DNA of 63,585 bases, filler included, from an uncultured bacterium (GCA_964371695.1; 30 parts of 30 records of this genome joined end to end with filler, not necessarily neighbours in it), one strand, 5' to 3'; shown: positions 8,877-19,861, counted from the whole stretch's first letter. Translations and numbers: made by a program. The notes: generated from the letters alone by a model not told the origin.

Positions 8877-9644
8877 TCAAAACTCATCCGGCCCGGCGGC
8901 GGACACCTGCGCCACGGCGTGGCGGTTGCGGCCTGCCCGGATGTTGAGCATTTCCACCCCCAGCGAAAACGCCATGGCGAAATACAGATAACCTTTTTCG
9001 ATGTGCCGCCCCAGACCCTCGGCGGTGAGCATCACGCCAATGGCCAGCAAAAACGACAGCGCCAGCACCTTGATGGTGGGGTGGTGTTCGATGAAATTGC
9101 TCACCGCATCGGCGAACACCATCATCACCCCCACGGCCACCATCACCGCCAGCACCATGATGGAGACTTCTTTGGCCATGCCCACGGCGGTGATCACGCT
9201 GTCGAGTGAAAACACGATGTCCAGCACCATGATCTGCGCGATGACCGCGCCAAACACCGCTGCCTTGCCGGTGGTCTCTGCCTGGGCCTCATGCCCGCCT
9301 TCCACACGGTGGTGGATCTCCAGGGTGGCTTTGGCCAGCAAAAACAGACCCCCCAAAAGCAGAATCAGATCACGCCCCGAAATGCCGTGCCCCAGCAGCA
9401 CAAACAATGGCCGCGTGAGTTTCATGATCCACGCCAGGCTCAGCAACAACAGAATCCGCGTGCCCATGGCCATGAACAGCCCCATCCTGCGGGCGCGGCT
9501 GCGCTGCTCTACGGGCAGGCGGCCCGTGAGGATGGCGATGAACACGATGTTGTCAATGCCCAGCACGATTTCCAGCAGCGCCAGGGTGAGCAGGGCAATG
9601 GCGTTTTCGGTGGTGAGCAGTCTGGCGAGGTCCAAATCAAACAT
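8877..9644 (-). CDS. TerC family membrane protein
   Basis: LEIVLGIDNIVFI and LDIVFSLDSVITAVG. ATG 9644 preferred because a -10 box lies 6 nt upstream. Confidence 0.93.
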   Translation of the reverse strand: MFDLDLARLLTTENAIALLTLALLEIVLGIDNIVFIAILTGRLPVEQRSRARRMGLFMAMGTRILLLLSLAWIMKLTRPLFVLLGHGISGRDLILLLGGLFLLAKATLEIHHRVEGGHEAQAETTGKAAVFGAVIAQIMVLDIVFSLDSVITAVGMAKEVSIMVLAVMVAVGVMMVFADAVSNFIEHHPTIKVLALSFLLAIGVMLTAEGLGRHIEKGYLYFAMAFSLGVEMLNIRAGRNRHAVAQVSAAGPDEF

Positions 9645-9650
9645 GGCCAC

Positions 9651-9656
9651 AGTATG
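9651..9656 (-). promoter_or_regulatory. -10 box CATACT, 6 nt before terC ATG
   Basis: CATACT-gtggcc-ATG on the minus strand. Confidence 0.55.
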
Positions 9657-9722
9657 GGGAAATCAGCCGGTGAAAAAAGAGGGGCGACAGAATCGCAGCC
9701 TTCCAAGACCCGAACCTCCCCC

Positions 9723-9728
9723 TACAAT
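9723..9728 (+). promoter_or_regulatory. -10 box TACAAT, 6 nt before lptD-like GTG
   Basis: TACAAT-cccccg-GTG. Confidence 0.65.
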
Positions 9729-9734
9729 CCCCCG

Positions 9735-10813
9735 GTGCAGCAACCCCGGTTAAAAACCGCCCCCTGGGCGTGGGTTTTTGTTGCGCTCGCGCTGTGGCTG
9801 GGTGGGTCTGCCGAGGCCGCCGAACAGGCGGGGGGCGAGTTTGCCGAGCTGGCCGCCGACAGCGTGCTGTTTGACGAAGAACTGCAACTGCTCAGCCTGA
9901 GCGGCTCGGTGAGCGTGCAGCTCGAAAACATCCGCCTGGAGGCCGACGAGGTGACCTATTGGAAAACCCGCAACGTGGCCGCCGCCAGCGGCTCGCTCAT
10001 GCTGTTTGCCGAGGGCCGCTCGCTGCTGGGTGAGTCGGGCGTGGTGGACCTGAAACAGAACCACTTTCTGCTGAACAAGGCGCGGGGAATGAGTGAGGTG
10101 AAGGGCGCGCAGGGGCCGCTTTATTTCACCGCCGAGGCCCTGGAGGGCACCCCCAAACGCTTGATTGGCCGACAGGCCCGCGTGACCAGTTGCGGCAGCC
10201 AGTGCGGGCGCGACGAATATCACCTGCGGGTGCGCCGACTGAGTGTGCTGCCGGGGCAAAAGGTGGTGGCCCGCAAGGCAGCGCTATATATCGGCAACAA
10301 GCGGGTGTTCTACTGGCCCGTGCTGGTGATGTCGCTCAAGGAAAAACCCGACCTGATTCCCAAGGTGGGCTGGAACAAAGAAGAAGGATTTTTCTTCAAG
10401 CTCAAATATCTCTATCTGGCCCGCGAGGCGGTGCTGGGTTATGTGATTTATGACTGGCTGCAAAAAAAGGGCACACAGACCGGCATGCAGCACGACTGGG
10501 AAAGCCGCCTGGGCAAAGGCAACCTGATGTTCAAACAACTCAAGGACACCACCACCCGGCGCACCGACACCAACATCAATTTCGCCCAGGCCCTGAGCAT
10601 CAGCCGCACGTTGCAGGGCAGCACCGCGCTCAACAAGTCCCAGGCCACCAACCAGACTTTTGGCACCCGCACCGACAGCCGCAACTGGCGTTTGGCGCTG
10701 AGCCGCCGTGCTGGTCCAAGCAACCTGGCGCTCAACATCAACGAGCAGGGCAACTTCGCCACCACCAGCAGCAAAACCAGCAACACCAGCCTCACCATCG
10801 CCAAACCCATCAC
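9735..10813 (+). CDS. lptD: LptD/OstA-like LPS-assembly outer-membrane protein, 3' truncated
   Basis: Signal peptide, OstA jellyroll (LAADSV, LEADEVTY), TSC..EYHLRV, VFYWPVL, PKVGWNKEEGFFFK barrel start. Confidence 0.7.
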
Positions 10814-10913
10814 NNNNNNNNNNNNNNNNNNNNNNNNNNNNNNNNNNNNNNNNNNNNTTAATTAATTAANNNNNNNNNNNNNNNNNNNNNNNNNNNNNNN
10901 NNNNNNNNNNNNN

Positions 10914-12987
10914 CCGGAGCCACACCACGAGCCGCGCGTGGAAGAGCCGCTCCGCCGCGAGCCGCGCTTGTCGGCGCGCCAGCGGGGGGTGGAAGAGTTT
11001 GAGGCGGATGTGCTGGGTGAGAACAACCGCATGATCCAGATGTTTGACACGTTTGGTCTCACGGTTTCCCGTGCCCTGGCGGGGGGCGTGATTCACGTGC
11101 GGTTTCCCACGCGGGAGACGCCAGACCACGAACTGGCCAATTTCAACCGGCACGTGCAGGCCGCCGCCGCCAGTCTGGAGCCGCTGTTTTATCCGGCTTC
11201 GGTGGCGCTGGTGGGGGCCAGCGAAAAACCCGCCAGCATTGGCCGCTCGCTGGCAGAAAACCTGATGGGGCAGAAACACCGGCCCCTGGCTTTGGTGAAC
11301 CCACACGCCGCCACCATTCTGGGCCAAGCGGCTTTTTCCAGTTTGGCACAGACGCCCTTCACCCCCGATCTGGTGGTGGTGGCGGTGCCCCAGACGGTAG
11401 TGGAAGACGTGGTGCGTCAGGCGGTGGAAAAAGGGGCCAAGGCTGTGGTGGTGATTTCTTCGGGTTTTGCAGAGACCGGGGCCAAGGGTCTGGCCCGGCA
11501 AAAACGTCTGGCGGAAATTTGCATCAAGGGGGGGGCGCGGCTGGTTGGCCCCAACTGCATGGGGCTGGTGAACACCAGTCCAAAGCATCCCCTCAACGCC
11601 ACGTTCACACAGGTTTTTCCGCCCCATGGCAAGGTGGGGTTTTTGTCTCAGAGCGGTGCGCTGGGGCTGGCCATGATGGCGTTTGCCCAGGCCATGGGGG
11701 TGGGCATTTCCACGTTCATTTCGGTGGGCAATGGCGCGGATGTGAACCACGAAGACCTGCTGGCCTGGTGGTTGCAGGACGACCAGACCCAGGTGGCGGC
11801 GCTGTATCTGGAAAGTTTTGGCCACCCCCGGTTTTTCGCCCGTCTGGCCCAGGAGGTCTCACGGAAAAAACCTTTGTTGGTGGTGAAGTCCGGCAAGTCG
11901 GTGGCGGGCCAGCGGGCCGCCCAGAGCCACTCCGCTGCGCTGGCCAGCAACCACGTGGCGGCCCAGACCCTGTTTGAACAGGTGGGGGTGGTGCGGGTGG
12001 ACACGCTGGAGGAACTGCTGATGCAGGCTTCTTTTTTCAGCAGCCAGCCGCTGCCCCAGGGGCCGGGGGTGGGCATTGTCACCAACGCGGGCGGCCCGGC
12101 CATTTTGCTGGCGGATTCGCTGGAGGCCGAGGGGCTGGCTGTGCCGCCGCTTCATCCCGGCACGGTGCAGGCGCTGAAGGCTTTTTTGCCAGAGGCAGCC
12201 AGTCTGCACAACCCGGTGGACCTCATCGCCAGCGCCACCCCCCGGCAGATGGAAGACGCCATCGCCTGTGTGGGGGCCGACGAGGCGGTGTCTTCGGTGG
12301 TGGCGGTGTATATCGAACCGTTAAAAGACGCAGGTCAGGCCATGGCCGAGGCCATCAGCCGGGGGGCCAGCCGCCTGCCGCCGGGCAAGCCTTTTCAGTG
12401 TGTGTTCATTTCACCCAAACCCGCCCCCAAAGCGTTAAGGGCCGGGCCGGGGGGGGCTTTTCCGGTTTTTCCCTTTCCCGAAAATGCGGCCCGCACGCTG
12501 GCGTCGGCCCTGCGTTATGCCGGTTGGCGGGCGCGGCCGGTGGGGCAGGTGTTCACCCCCAGCCGTTTTGTGCGCGACACGGTGCGCTCGGTGGTGGATC
12601 GCCTGATGGCCGAAAAACCAGGTGGCGGGTGGATCAAACCGTCGGACATTTCGGTGTTGCTGCACGCCGTGGGCATCAAGGTGGTTTATTCCGAAACCGC
12701 CCCGCCAGACCCGGAGCAGGCCGCCCTGGTGGCGGAGCGCCTGGGGTATCCCTGCGTAGCCAAGGTGATTGCGCCGGGGGTGCTGCACAAAACAGAGGTG
12801 GGCGGCGTGATGTTGAACCTTATGGACGCAGATGCGGTGAAACAGGCGGTGAGCCGTTTTCAGGAGACCCTTTCGGCGCGGGGCCTGAAACTGGAAGGCG
12901 TGTTGATCCAGCCCCAGATGAACGGGGGGGTGGAAGCATTTGTGGGCATGACGCGGGATGCCCTTTTTGGTCCGCTGCTTTTGGTGG
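10914..12987 (+). CDS. GNAT + CoA-binding + ATP-grasp protein (acetate-CoA ligase/Pat-type acetyltransferase), truncated both ends
   Basis: GNAT tail FEADVLGENNRM, SVALVGAS, GPNCMG, SQSGALG, SVGNGAD, TNAGGPA, NPVDL, HKTEVGGV. Confidence 0.9.
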
Positions 12988-13284
12988 NNNNNNNNNNNNN
13001 NNNNNNNNNNNNNNNNNNNNNNNNNNNNNNNTTAATTAATTAANNNNNNNNNNNNNNNNNNNNNNNNNNNNNNNNNNNNNNNNNNNNGCACCAATGTGCT
13101 CTGGCAATACCCCGCCTCGCCCATCCTTCGGACGGGAGAAGGAAATAGGGTGGCTTTTTTGTTTCAACTGGATTCCCGCTTTCGCGGGAATGACGGCGAG
13201 GGGCGGCGAAGCTTCTCTCTTTTCCACCCCTCACCCGCCACCCCGTCTCTTTTAAGCGCGCTACCCGCTTTTGACCTTGGCCGC

Positions 13285-13290
13285 TACAAT
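13285..13290 (+). promoter_or_regulatory. -10 box TACAAT, 6 nt before SPOR gene ATG
   Basis: TACAAT-cggggc-ATG. Confidence 0.65.
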
Positions 13291-13296
13291 CGGGGC

Positions 13297-14334
13297 ATGG
13301 TCAACAAACCGGCCACCCCACAGGGCAAAGCGCCCGCTGCCCAAAAACCGGCCCCGGCCAAGGTTCCCGTGGCGGGCAAGGACAAACTCACCTATTGGCT
13401 GGTGCTGGGCATTGGCGCGCCGCTGGTGGTGCTGGTGAGTGTGTGGGTGGGGCGCGGGTTGGCCCGCCTGGTGGTGCGGGATCCCCCTTCTGCCCGCATG
13501 CAGGCCATTGAAGACGGCACGGCCCTGGAGGACTCCGGCGAGGACGCCTATAAGGTGGTGGACGTGGGTCAGGAGGACGACTCTGACCCCCGTGAGGCTG
13601 CCCGCCGCGCCATTGAAGAAGCCCGCAGCCGCCAGGGCGACCTGCGTGCGCCAGAAGCTTCACCCTCGCGCCGGGACACGCCTGCGGACGAAGAAACCGG
13701 CGATGACATTGAGGTGCAGGACGACGCCGCAGCAGAGGAACCCTTCGGCTCGGATTCCCCCACCGGCGGGGCGGATGAGCCGGTGGACGACGACCTGCTG
13801 GACCTGGACTCGGAACTGGGTTCCCGTGAAGGAGACGACGGGTTGGTGGAGACGGGGGAATATCCCTCGTCCATGCCCCAGCGCAACCGGGACAAGGTGA
13901 ACAGCGGCGCGGGGCAGATTCCTCCGCCCCCCACAAAGCCCAAGCCAGCTACGCCCGCCGATGACGAAGACCTTTTTGACAACGACCCCAACAACACCCC
14001 CAGCTACATGGGCAACCCCACGCTGGACGCCCCCCCAAAACCCCAGGGCGGCAAACCCCTCGCCGCGCCCGGCGACTCCTCCAGCCGCGCCCCCCTGCCG
14101 CCCAGGGGCTCCTATGCCGTGCAGGTGGCCAGCTTCAACAGCAAAGACAGCGCCGAGTCGCTGAGCCGCGAACTGGGCAGCCGGGGTTACCGGGCCGGTG
14201 TGGAGAAAACCCAGGTGGGCGACCGGGAGATTTACAAGGTGAAGGTGGGCAGTTATGGCAACCGCGAACAGGCCGAGGCGGCGGCCAAGTCCCTGCAAAT
14301 GCAGAATTACACGGGATTTGTACAGGAGAACTGA
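13297..14334 (+). CDS. SPOR-domain membrane protein (FtsN/DedD-like)
   Basis: One TM helix, acidic/Pro-rich linker, C-terminal YAVQVASF..YKVKVGSY SPOR domain. Confidence 0.85.
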   Translation: MVNKPATPQGKAPAAQKPAPAKVPVAGKDKLTYWLVLGIGAPLVVLVSVWVGRGLARLVVRDPPSARMQAIEDGTALEDSGEDAYKVVDVGQEDDSDPREAARRAIEEARSRQGDLRAPEASPSRRDTPADEETGDDIEVQDDAAAEEPFGSDSPTGGADEPVDDDLLDLDSELGSREGDDGLVETGEYPSSMPQRNRDKVNSGAGQIPPPPTKPKPATPADDEDLFDNDPNNTPSYMGNPTLDAPPKPQGGKPLAAPGDSSSRAPLPPRGSYAVQVASFNSKDSAESLSRELGSRGYRAGVEKTQVGDREIYKVKVGSYGNREQAEAAAKSLQMQNYTGFVQEN

Positions 14335-14336
14335 TT

Positions 14337-15095
14337 TTGCATCTGCTGCTTTGTAATGACGACGGCGTGATGGCGCCCGGACTGGCGGCGCTGGTGAGCG
14401 CGCTCGCCCCCTATCACGAACTCACCGTGCTGGCCCCCGAAAAAGAGCGCAGCTCCATCGCCCACAGCATCACCCTGCACAAACCCCTGCGCATACGCGA
14501 GGCGGGCCAACTGGCGGGTGTGCCCATGCACTGCGCCAACGGCACACCGGCGGACTGTGTGCTGCTGGGTCTGCGGCGGCTGGCGAAAAAACCGGTGGAC
14601 GTGGTGCTGAGCGGCATCAACCTGGGCCAGAACATGGGCGAGGACATTTATTACTCCGGCACCGTGGGCGCAGCGCGGGAGGCCGTGCTCAACGACGTGC
14701 CCGCCATGGCGGTGAGCCTGTGCGGTCGCGTGGGGCAGCATTTTGAGACCGCCGCCCAGGTGGCCCTGCACCTGCTGGCGCACCCGTTGTTCCGCCAGCC
14801 GGGTCATCAACTGTGGAACGTGAACGTGCCCGACGAACCCCTTGAGAACCTCAAACCCCCGGTGTGGACCCACCCCGGCTCACGCCGTTACGTGGACATG
14901 ATCGAAAGCCGCACCGACCCCCGTGGCAGGCCCTATCACTGGATTGGCGGCGAGCCGTCTCTGCTCGAGGCCGGGCCGGGCACGGATTATCACGCCACGG
15001 AATCAGGCGCAGTGAGTGTGAGCGCGCTCAACGTGGTGCCCACGGTGAGCCAGCCTGCGTGGGCGGGCCAGCCCCTGGCGTGGAAAGGGGCGTAG
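14337..15095 (+). CDS. surE: 5'/3'-nucleotidase SurE
   Basis: LLCNDDG, GTPADCV, SGINLGQN, YSGTVGAA. Confidence 0.96.
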   Translation: MHLLLCNDDGVMAPGLAALVSALAPYHELTVLAPEKERSSIAHSITLHKPLRIREAGQLAGVPMHCANGTPADCVLLGLRRLAKKPVDVVLSGINLGQNMGEDIYYSGTVGAAREAVLNDVPAMAVSLCGRVGQHFETAAQVALHLLAHPLFRQPGHQLWNVNVPDEPLENLKPPVWTHPGSRRYVDMIESRTDPRGRPYHWIGGEPSLLEAGPGTDYHATESGAVSVSALNVVPTVSQPAWAGQPLAWKGA

Positions 15096-15259
15096 GGTGC
15101 CTCTGAACCTGTTTATAAAGTCCGTCCTGGACTTTATAAACTCACCGCCAGCGGGGGCANNNNNNNNNNNNNNNNNNNNNNNNNNNNNNNNNNNNNNNNN
15201 NNNTTAATTAATTAANNNNNNNNNNNNNNNNNNNNNNNNNNNNNNNNNNNNNNNNNNNN

Positions 15260-16016
15260 TAACGGGCGGGTGTTCAAACTCACAGAGCACATCAACCGGC
15301 TCTATGACAGCGCCCAGGCCATCTGCCTGAAAAGCCCCCTCAGCCGCGACGCCATGGCCAAGGTGGTGCTGGACACACTGCGCAAAAACAAGCTCAGCGA
15401 GGGTTACATCCGCCTCATCATCAGCCGGGGCGTGGGCGAGATGGGCCTGGACCCCCGCAAGTGTCCCAGGCCCAGCGTCATCTGCATCACGTTGCCCTGG
15501 CCCGCCATGTATGGCGACAAATACAACAAGGGCCTCACCATGATGAGCGTGAGTGTGCGCCGCAACGCCGCGAGCGCGCTTAGCCCCAACATCAAGAGCC
15601 TCAATTATCTCAACAACATCCTGGGGAAAATCCAGGCCAACATGGTCGAGGCCGACGAAGCGCTTTTTCTGGACGGCGAAGGCAACGTGAGCGAGGGCAG
15701 CGGCGACAACGTGTTCATCGTCAAGGACAGTGTCATCAGCACGCCCCCCACGCTCAACAACCTCAAGGGCATCACGCGGCAAACGGTGATGGAACTGGCT
15801 GAAGACGCGGGTTATACGGTGAAGGAGCAGAACCTGTCGCTGTTTGACCTTTACACCGCCGACGAACTGTTTGTGACGGGCACTGCCGCTGAGGTGGCCC
15901 CCGTGCGCAACCTGGACAGCCGGGTGATTGGCAGCGGCAAACCGGGGCGGGTGACCAAAGACCTCATCAAGCGATATCACCACCTCACACAAACCAGCGG
16001 CACACCCATCGGTTAG
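15260..16016 (+). CDS. ilvE: Branched-chain amino acid aminotransferase, 5' truncated
   Basis: [18 protein letters not shown] (PLP Lys), [21 protein letters not shown]. Confidence 0.93.
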
Positions 16017-16083
16017 GCCATGGTGCGGCGGTTTATTGGTGTAGTGGCATACGGTTGGGCGACCATTGCCTTCAGGTTTGTTT

Positions 16084-16223
16084 GTAGCCCCGGCGTCCCG
16101 CCGGGAGCAAAAAAAACGCCGAAGGCGCCGCCAAATAGGTTTTTTTCAGGGAGATATGGAGAAAAAACTGAATGGTGTGCGCCTGCGGCGCGGCCCAAAC
16201 TCCCGGCGGGACGCCTGGGCTAC
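16084..16223. repeat. 140-bp GTAG-type REPIN (inverted REP pair)
   Basis: GTAGCCCCGGCGTCCCGCCGGGAG..CTCCCGGCGGGACGCCTGGGCTAC; full-length homologue in reverse at 34097-34237; partial copies at 30157-30213 and 36695-36741. Confidence 0.85.
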
Positions 16224-16298
16224 TTCAAAAAACCCTTCGTAACCCACGGGTTTTTTTACAAACCTGACAGCAGTGGTTGGGCGGTGGCGCTCCTGGTG

Positions 16299-16958
16299 AT
16301 GGGGATGGTGTTTTTTTCGCCTGCGGCCCTGGGGGCGACCGGGGTTGTTTCTGCCTCAGCCGACGCACCCTTTCTCAAGGACCCCTTCGCCGAGGGTTAC
16401 AAAATCACCGAAGAAGCCACCGCGCCCGACCTGAAGCTGGAAAGCACCCGGCCCCAGATCAGCCCGTCATTCCAGTTGAATGACCTCATCAAAAAAAACC
16501 GGGTGTCGTATTTTTTGATGTGCCACGGCGGTTGCGACAACCTGCGTGAGGCGCTGCGCCACGTGGGGGACTGGGTACACCGTTATGGCCAGTTCGGCGT
16601 AAAGGCATACGCTTTTTTGAGCATGCCCGGCGGCGACTGGCCCGACGTGGAGAACCTGCGGGAAACCTTTGGCGAAGAGGTGGTTTTTTACACCGGCCAG
16701 GAAATCAAAAACCTGCCCGCCCTCATGAAGCTCTATCAGGTGGACATCAGCCCCACGCTGTTTGTCAGCACGCAAAAGGGGTTTCTGATGGGCCGCATGA
16801 CGGGTTACAGCCCCAGGGACCTCACCGACTGGAACGACTATTTCGCCGACATGTTCCGCCCCTTGCTGCGCGAAAAAATCAAGAAAGGCGGCAAGGACGC
16901 TCCGCCGCCGAAAGCCCCTGAAAATGAAGAGGACGAGGAGAACCCCCATGGCTTCTGA
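16299..16958 (+). CDS. Exported thioredoxin-fold (redoxin-like) protein with CxxxC; start uncertain
   Basis: [28 protein letters not shown]. The ORF-track 5' extension is a REPIN. Confidence 0.5.
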   Translation: MGMVFFSPAALGATGVVSASADAPFLKDPFAEGYKITEEATAPDLKLESTRPQISPSFQLNDLIKKNRVSYFLMCHGGCDNLREALRHVGDWVHRYGQFGVKAYAFLSMPGGDWPDVENLRETFGEEVVFYTGQEIKNLPALMKLYQVDISPTLFVSTQKGFLMGRMTGYSPRDLTDWNDYFADMFRPLLREKIKKGGKDAPPPKAPENEEDEENPHGF

Positions 16959-17322
16959 CATCCATGTCTATCAACGGCGCGTGAAACTGCTGGAACAGGT
17001 GGCCCGCCACGTGGTGGGTCAGGAGGCGGTGGTGGACAGCGTGATCACCGCGCTGTTCGCCGGGGGCCACGCCCTGTTGGTGGGGGTGCCGGGTCTGGCC
17101 AAGACACTGCTGGTGCTCACCATGGCGCGGGCCATGGGGCTGGATTTTGGCCGCATCCAGTTCACGCCCGATCTCATGCCCAGCGACATCACCGGCACCG
17201 ACATTCTTGAGACCGACAAAACCACCGGCGAGCGGGCGTTCCGGTTTCACAAGGGGCCGCTGTTCACCCAGGTGCTGCTGGCCGACGAAATCAACCGCAC
17301 ACCCCCCAAAACACAGGCGGCG
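16948..17322 (+). CDS. MoxR family AAA+ ATPase, 3' truncated
   Basis: [43 protein letters not shown]. Confidence 0.95.
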
Positions 17323-17422
17323 NNNNNNNNNNNNNNNNNNNNNNNNNNNNNNNNNNNNNNNNNNNNTTAATTAATTAANNNNNNNNNNNNNNNNNNNNNN
17401 NNNNNNNNNNNNNNNNNNNNNN

Positions 17423-17661
17423 GTGCTTTTGCGGGCCTGCACCAGACCGCCATACAGGGCGGTGTCCACGCTCATCAGCACACCGTCGGCGCTCTGGTTC
17501 AGACCCTCCACCACGTCCGGGCGGGCGCGGCGGGTGAGGTTGCCCAGAAAGCGTCGGTCGGGCTGCGCCAGCAGGTGGCCACTGGCGGGGTTGTGAGCCG
17601 CCATGACCACCGCCGAGGTGTGAACGGGTCGGCTGTCCAGCGGCAGATGCAAAATTTTCAT
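17423..17661 (-). CDS. DUF4127-like protein, 3' truncated
   Basis: N-terminal ILHLPLDSRP and SVDTALYGGLVQAR recalled as DUF4127 motifs. Confidence 0.6.
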
Positions 17662-17981
17662 CGTGCTTTGCCGCCGGGGGGTCGGCCCCGTTCGGTTTCC
17701 ACAATCCGCAACACTTCCACCACATATTTGCCCACCAGCGGCACACTCACCAGACGGCTCAGCAACCCCAGGCCAATGCCGAACAGCAGCGTGGCCCCCA
17801 GGGCAAAACCAAGGCCCCGGAACAAACCGTCCAGCACGTTCAGCCCGGCGTTGCGCAGGGTGGGTTTGTGGCGGTCGTTCAGCCGCTTGAGCTGCACGGT
17901 GAGGGACTTGATGGCAGCCGACGACGGCGGCCCGGATTTGCTCGGCTGCGGGGTGGGCTGCGGGGAAGTTTCCGTCATCAT
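17658..17981 (-). CDS. DUF5665-like small membrane protein
   Basis: GLFRGLGFALGAT..VSVPLVGKYV; 4-nt overlaps with both neighbours. Confidence 0.65.
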   Translation of the reverse strand: MMTETSPQPTPQPSKSGPPSSAAIKSLTVQLKRLNDRHKPTLRNAGLNVLDGLFRGLGFALGATLLFGIGLGLLSRLVSVPLVGKYVVEVLRIVETERGRPPGGKAR

Positions 17982-18847
17982 TGTTCCGGCTCCCGATACA
18001 GTTTGGCCAGGGCGCTGTAATCCAGCGCCCCCAGGCCCTGCATCATGCCCTGACGGTAAAGCTGCTGGCACAGGGCGGTGACGGTCATGGGCTGGTTGAG
18101 GGATCCTGCCAGCGCCAGGGCGGCGGAGAGGTCTTTGTGCAGCAGGGACATGGCGAAGCCCTGGCTGAAATCGTCTTTCATGTAATTGTTGGGCAGCCAT
18201 TTTTCCAGCAGGTAACTGGCCGCCGAGGCGTCCAGCAGTGCTTCGCGCAGGGCGGCTGGGTCCGCCCCGGCGGCGCGGCCCATTTCCAGGGCCTCAATCA
18301 GCCCCGCCATGGCCACGGCGATGGCGGTGTTGTTCACCAGCTTCACCACTTCACCCATGCCCACCGGCCCCATGCGCACCGGTCGGCCCATGGCGCACAG
18401 CACATCTTTGTGGCGCTCGAACACGGCTTCGTCCGCCCCTGCCAAAATCGCCAGCGAACCATCCTGTGCGCGGAACGGCCCGCCGCTCACGGGGGCGTCC
18501 ATGAAGTCAAAACCCGCCGCCGCCCACAGCGCGCCAAAATCGCGGGACTGGGCCGGGTTCACCGTGCTCATGTCGATGTGGCAAAAGCCGGGCCGGGGCC
18601 GGGCCGCCAGCGCCGCCTCCACCACCTCACGCACCTGGGGCGCGTCGGGCACCATGGTGATGAGCACGTCCACCCGGCCCGCCAGCGCGGCCACCGTGGC
18701 AGCCTCCTGCGCGCCCTGGGCCACCAGTTGTTCCAGCGCGTCGCGGCGGCGGTGCGCTGTCACCACCAGCGGAAAACCCTTTTTCAGCACCTGGGCCGCC
18801 ATGGGCAACCCCATGGCCCCCAGCCCCACAAACCCCACGGTTTTCAC
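17978..18847 (-). CDS. NAD(P)-dependent 3-hydroxyisobutyrate dehydrogenase-family oxidoreductase
   Basis: GFVGLGAMG, DAPVSGG, KLVNN, KDL motifs. Confidence 0.93.
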   Translation of the reverse strand: MKTVGFVGLGAMGLPMAAQVLKKGFPLVVTAHRRRDALEQLVAQGAQEAATVAALAGRVDVLITMVPDAPQVREVVEAALAARPRPGFCHIDMSTVNPAQSRDFGALWAAAGFDFMDAPVSGGPFRAQDGSLAILAGADEAVFERHKDVLCAMGRPVRMGPVGMGEVVKLVNNTAIAVAMAGLIEALEMGRAAGADPAALREALLDASAASYLLEKWLPNNYMKDDFSQGFAMSLLHKDLSAALALAGSLNQPMTVTALCQQLYRQGMMQGLGALDYSALAKLYREPEQ

Positions 18848-18955
18848 GGAGGCAAAGCATACCGAACGAAGAAACAAGAAGCGAGAGACCGGGGCCTTGT
18901 CATGACCCTTTTCCGACCGGATGAACCACTGGCAGGGTGTTCATCAATACCCTGC

Positions 18956-18961
18956 TAAACT
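18956..18961 (+). promoter_or_regulatory. -10 box TAAACT, 6 nt before zinc-ribbon gene ATG
   Basis: TAAACT-ctctcc-ATG. Confidence 0.65.
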
Positions 18962-18967
18962 CTCTCC

Positions 18968-19395
18968 ATGGTTTTTGCCTGCCCCACCTGTGGCAACCCG
19001 CTCTCTCACGTCGGCTTCCGCCACTGCCCGGCCTGTGGTCAACCCCTGGCCCCGCCGGTGGTTTCGTCTGCGCCCACGCTGGCCCCCATGGCGCACCTGC
19101 CCCCCCTGGTGTTGCCCGGCGCACCCGCCGCAGGAGCCCACTGGCTGGCTGGCCTCAGCGCTGGTCTTGGCACCACCAGCCTGCTGTTTCTGCCGCTGTG
19201 CCTGCTGGCAGTGCCGGTGGGGCTGGTGTCGCTCAGNNNNNNNNNNCCATCGCCCAGGGCAAACATTCCGGCAAGGGGTTGTGGTCCAGCGTGACGGGTG
19301 TGGTGTCGGGCCTGCTGGCCTTTCTGGCGCTGGGGCTGATGATTCGCCTGTTCGCCTCGTTGGGAGCACTGGGCACACAGATGATGGGGGGCTGA
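18968..19395 (+). CDS. Zinc-ribbon plus two-TM (DUF4190-like) protein, spans internal gap
   Basis: CPTC..CPAC, TM helix, then SGKGLW and a second TM after the N gap. Confidence 0.65.
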
Positions 19396-19582
19396 GGTGT
19401 CCGGGGCGTCCACCCCCAAGGCGGATTCATGGCGACGCAGCGGCACGCTGCTGGTGTCGGTGATATTGGCGTTGCTGTTGTANNNNNNNNNNNNNNNNNN
19501 NNNNNNNNNNNNNNNNNNNNNNNNNNTTAATTAATTAANNNNNNNNNNNNNNNNNNNNNNNNNNNNNNNNNNNNNNNNNNNN

Positions 19583-19861
19583 CCCCTTGCCTGTGAGCAC
19601 CACCAGCCTGGGGGTGCTGAGCCGCAGTTTTTTTTCCAGACCCACCCAGGCGGGCCACGCTGCCTTGTGGGGCAGGGGGAGCAGGGTTTTCACTGCGGGA
19701 TGCTGCGCCAGCACCGGCTGGCAGGCCCCCCCCGCCGCCACCGTGAGGGACACGCCGCCCAGCCAGTGACCGAAATGCTCAAACCCCGACGCAATGGCAA
19801 AACCATCTCCCGCCGCCCCCTTGGCAAACCACACAACGGACACAGGCTCAGGCGCGGACAA
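19583..19861 (-). CDS. Glycosyltransferase family 9-like N-terminus, 3' truncated
   Basis: AAGDGF..LTVAAG..PVLAQHPAVKTL resembles a heptosyltransferase N-terminus; overlaps the GT2 stop. Confidence 0.45.

Noticed and set aside
10914-10975. GAGCCG-rich start of the Pat contig as a peptide repeat
   Set aside because: Does not fit the expected GNAT motif and lies at the contig edge; may be a chimeric end and cannot be interpreted.
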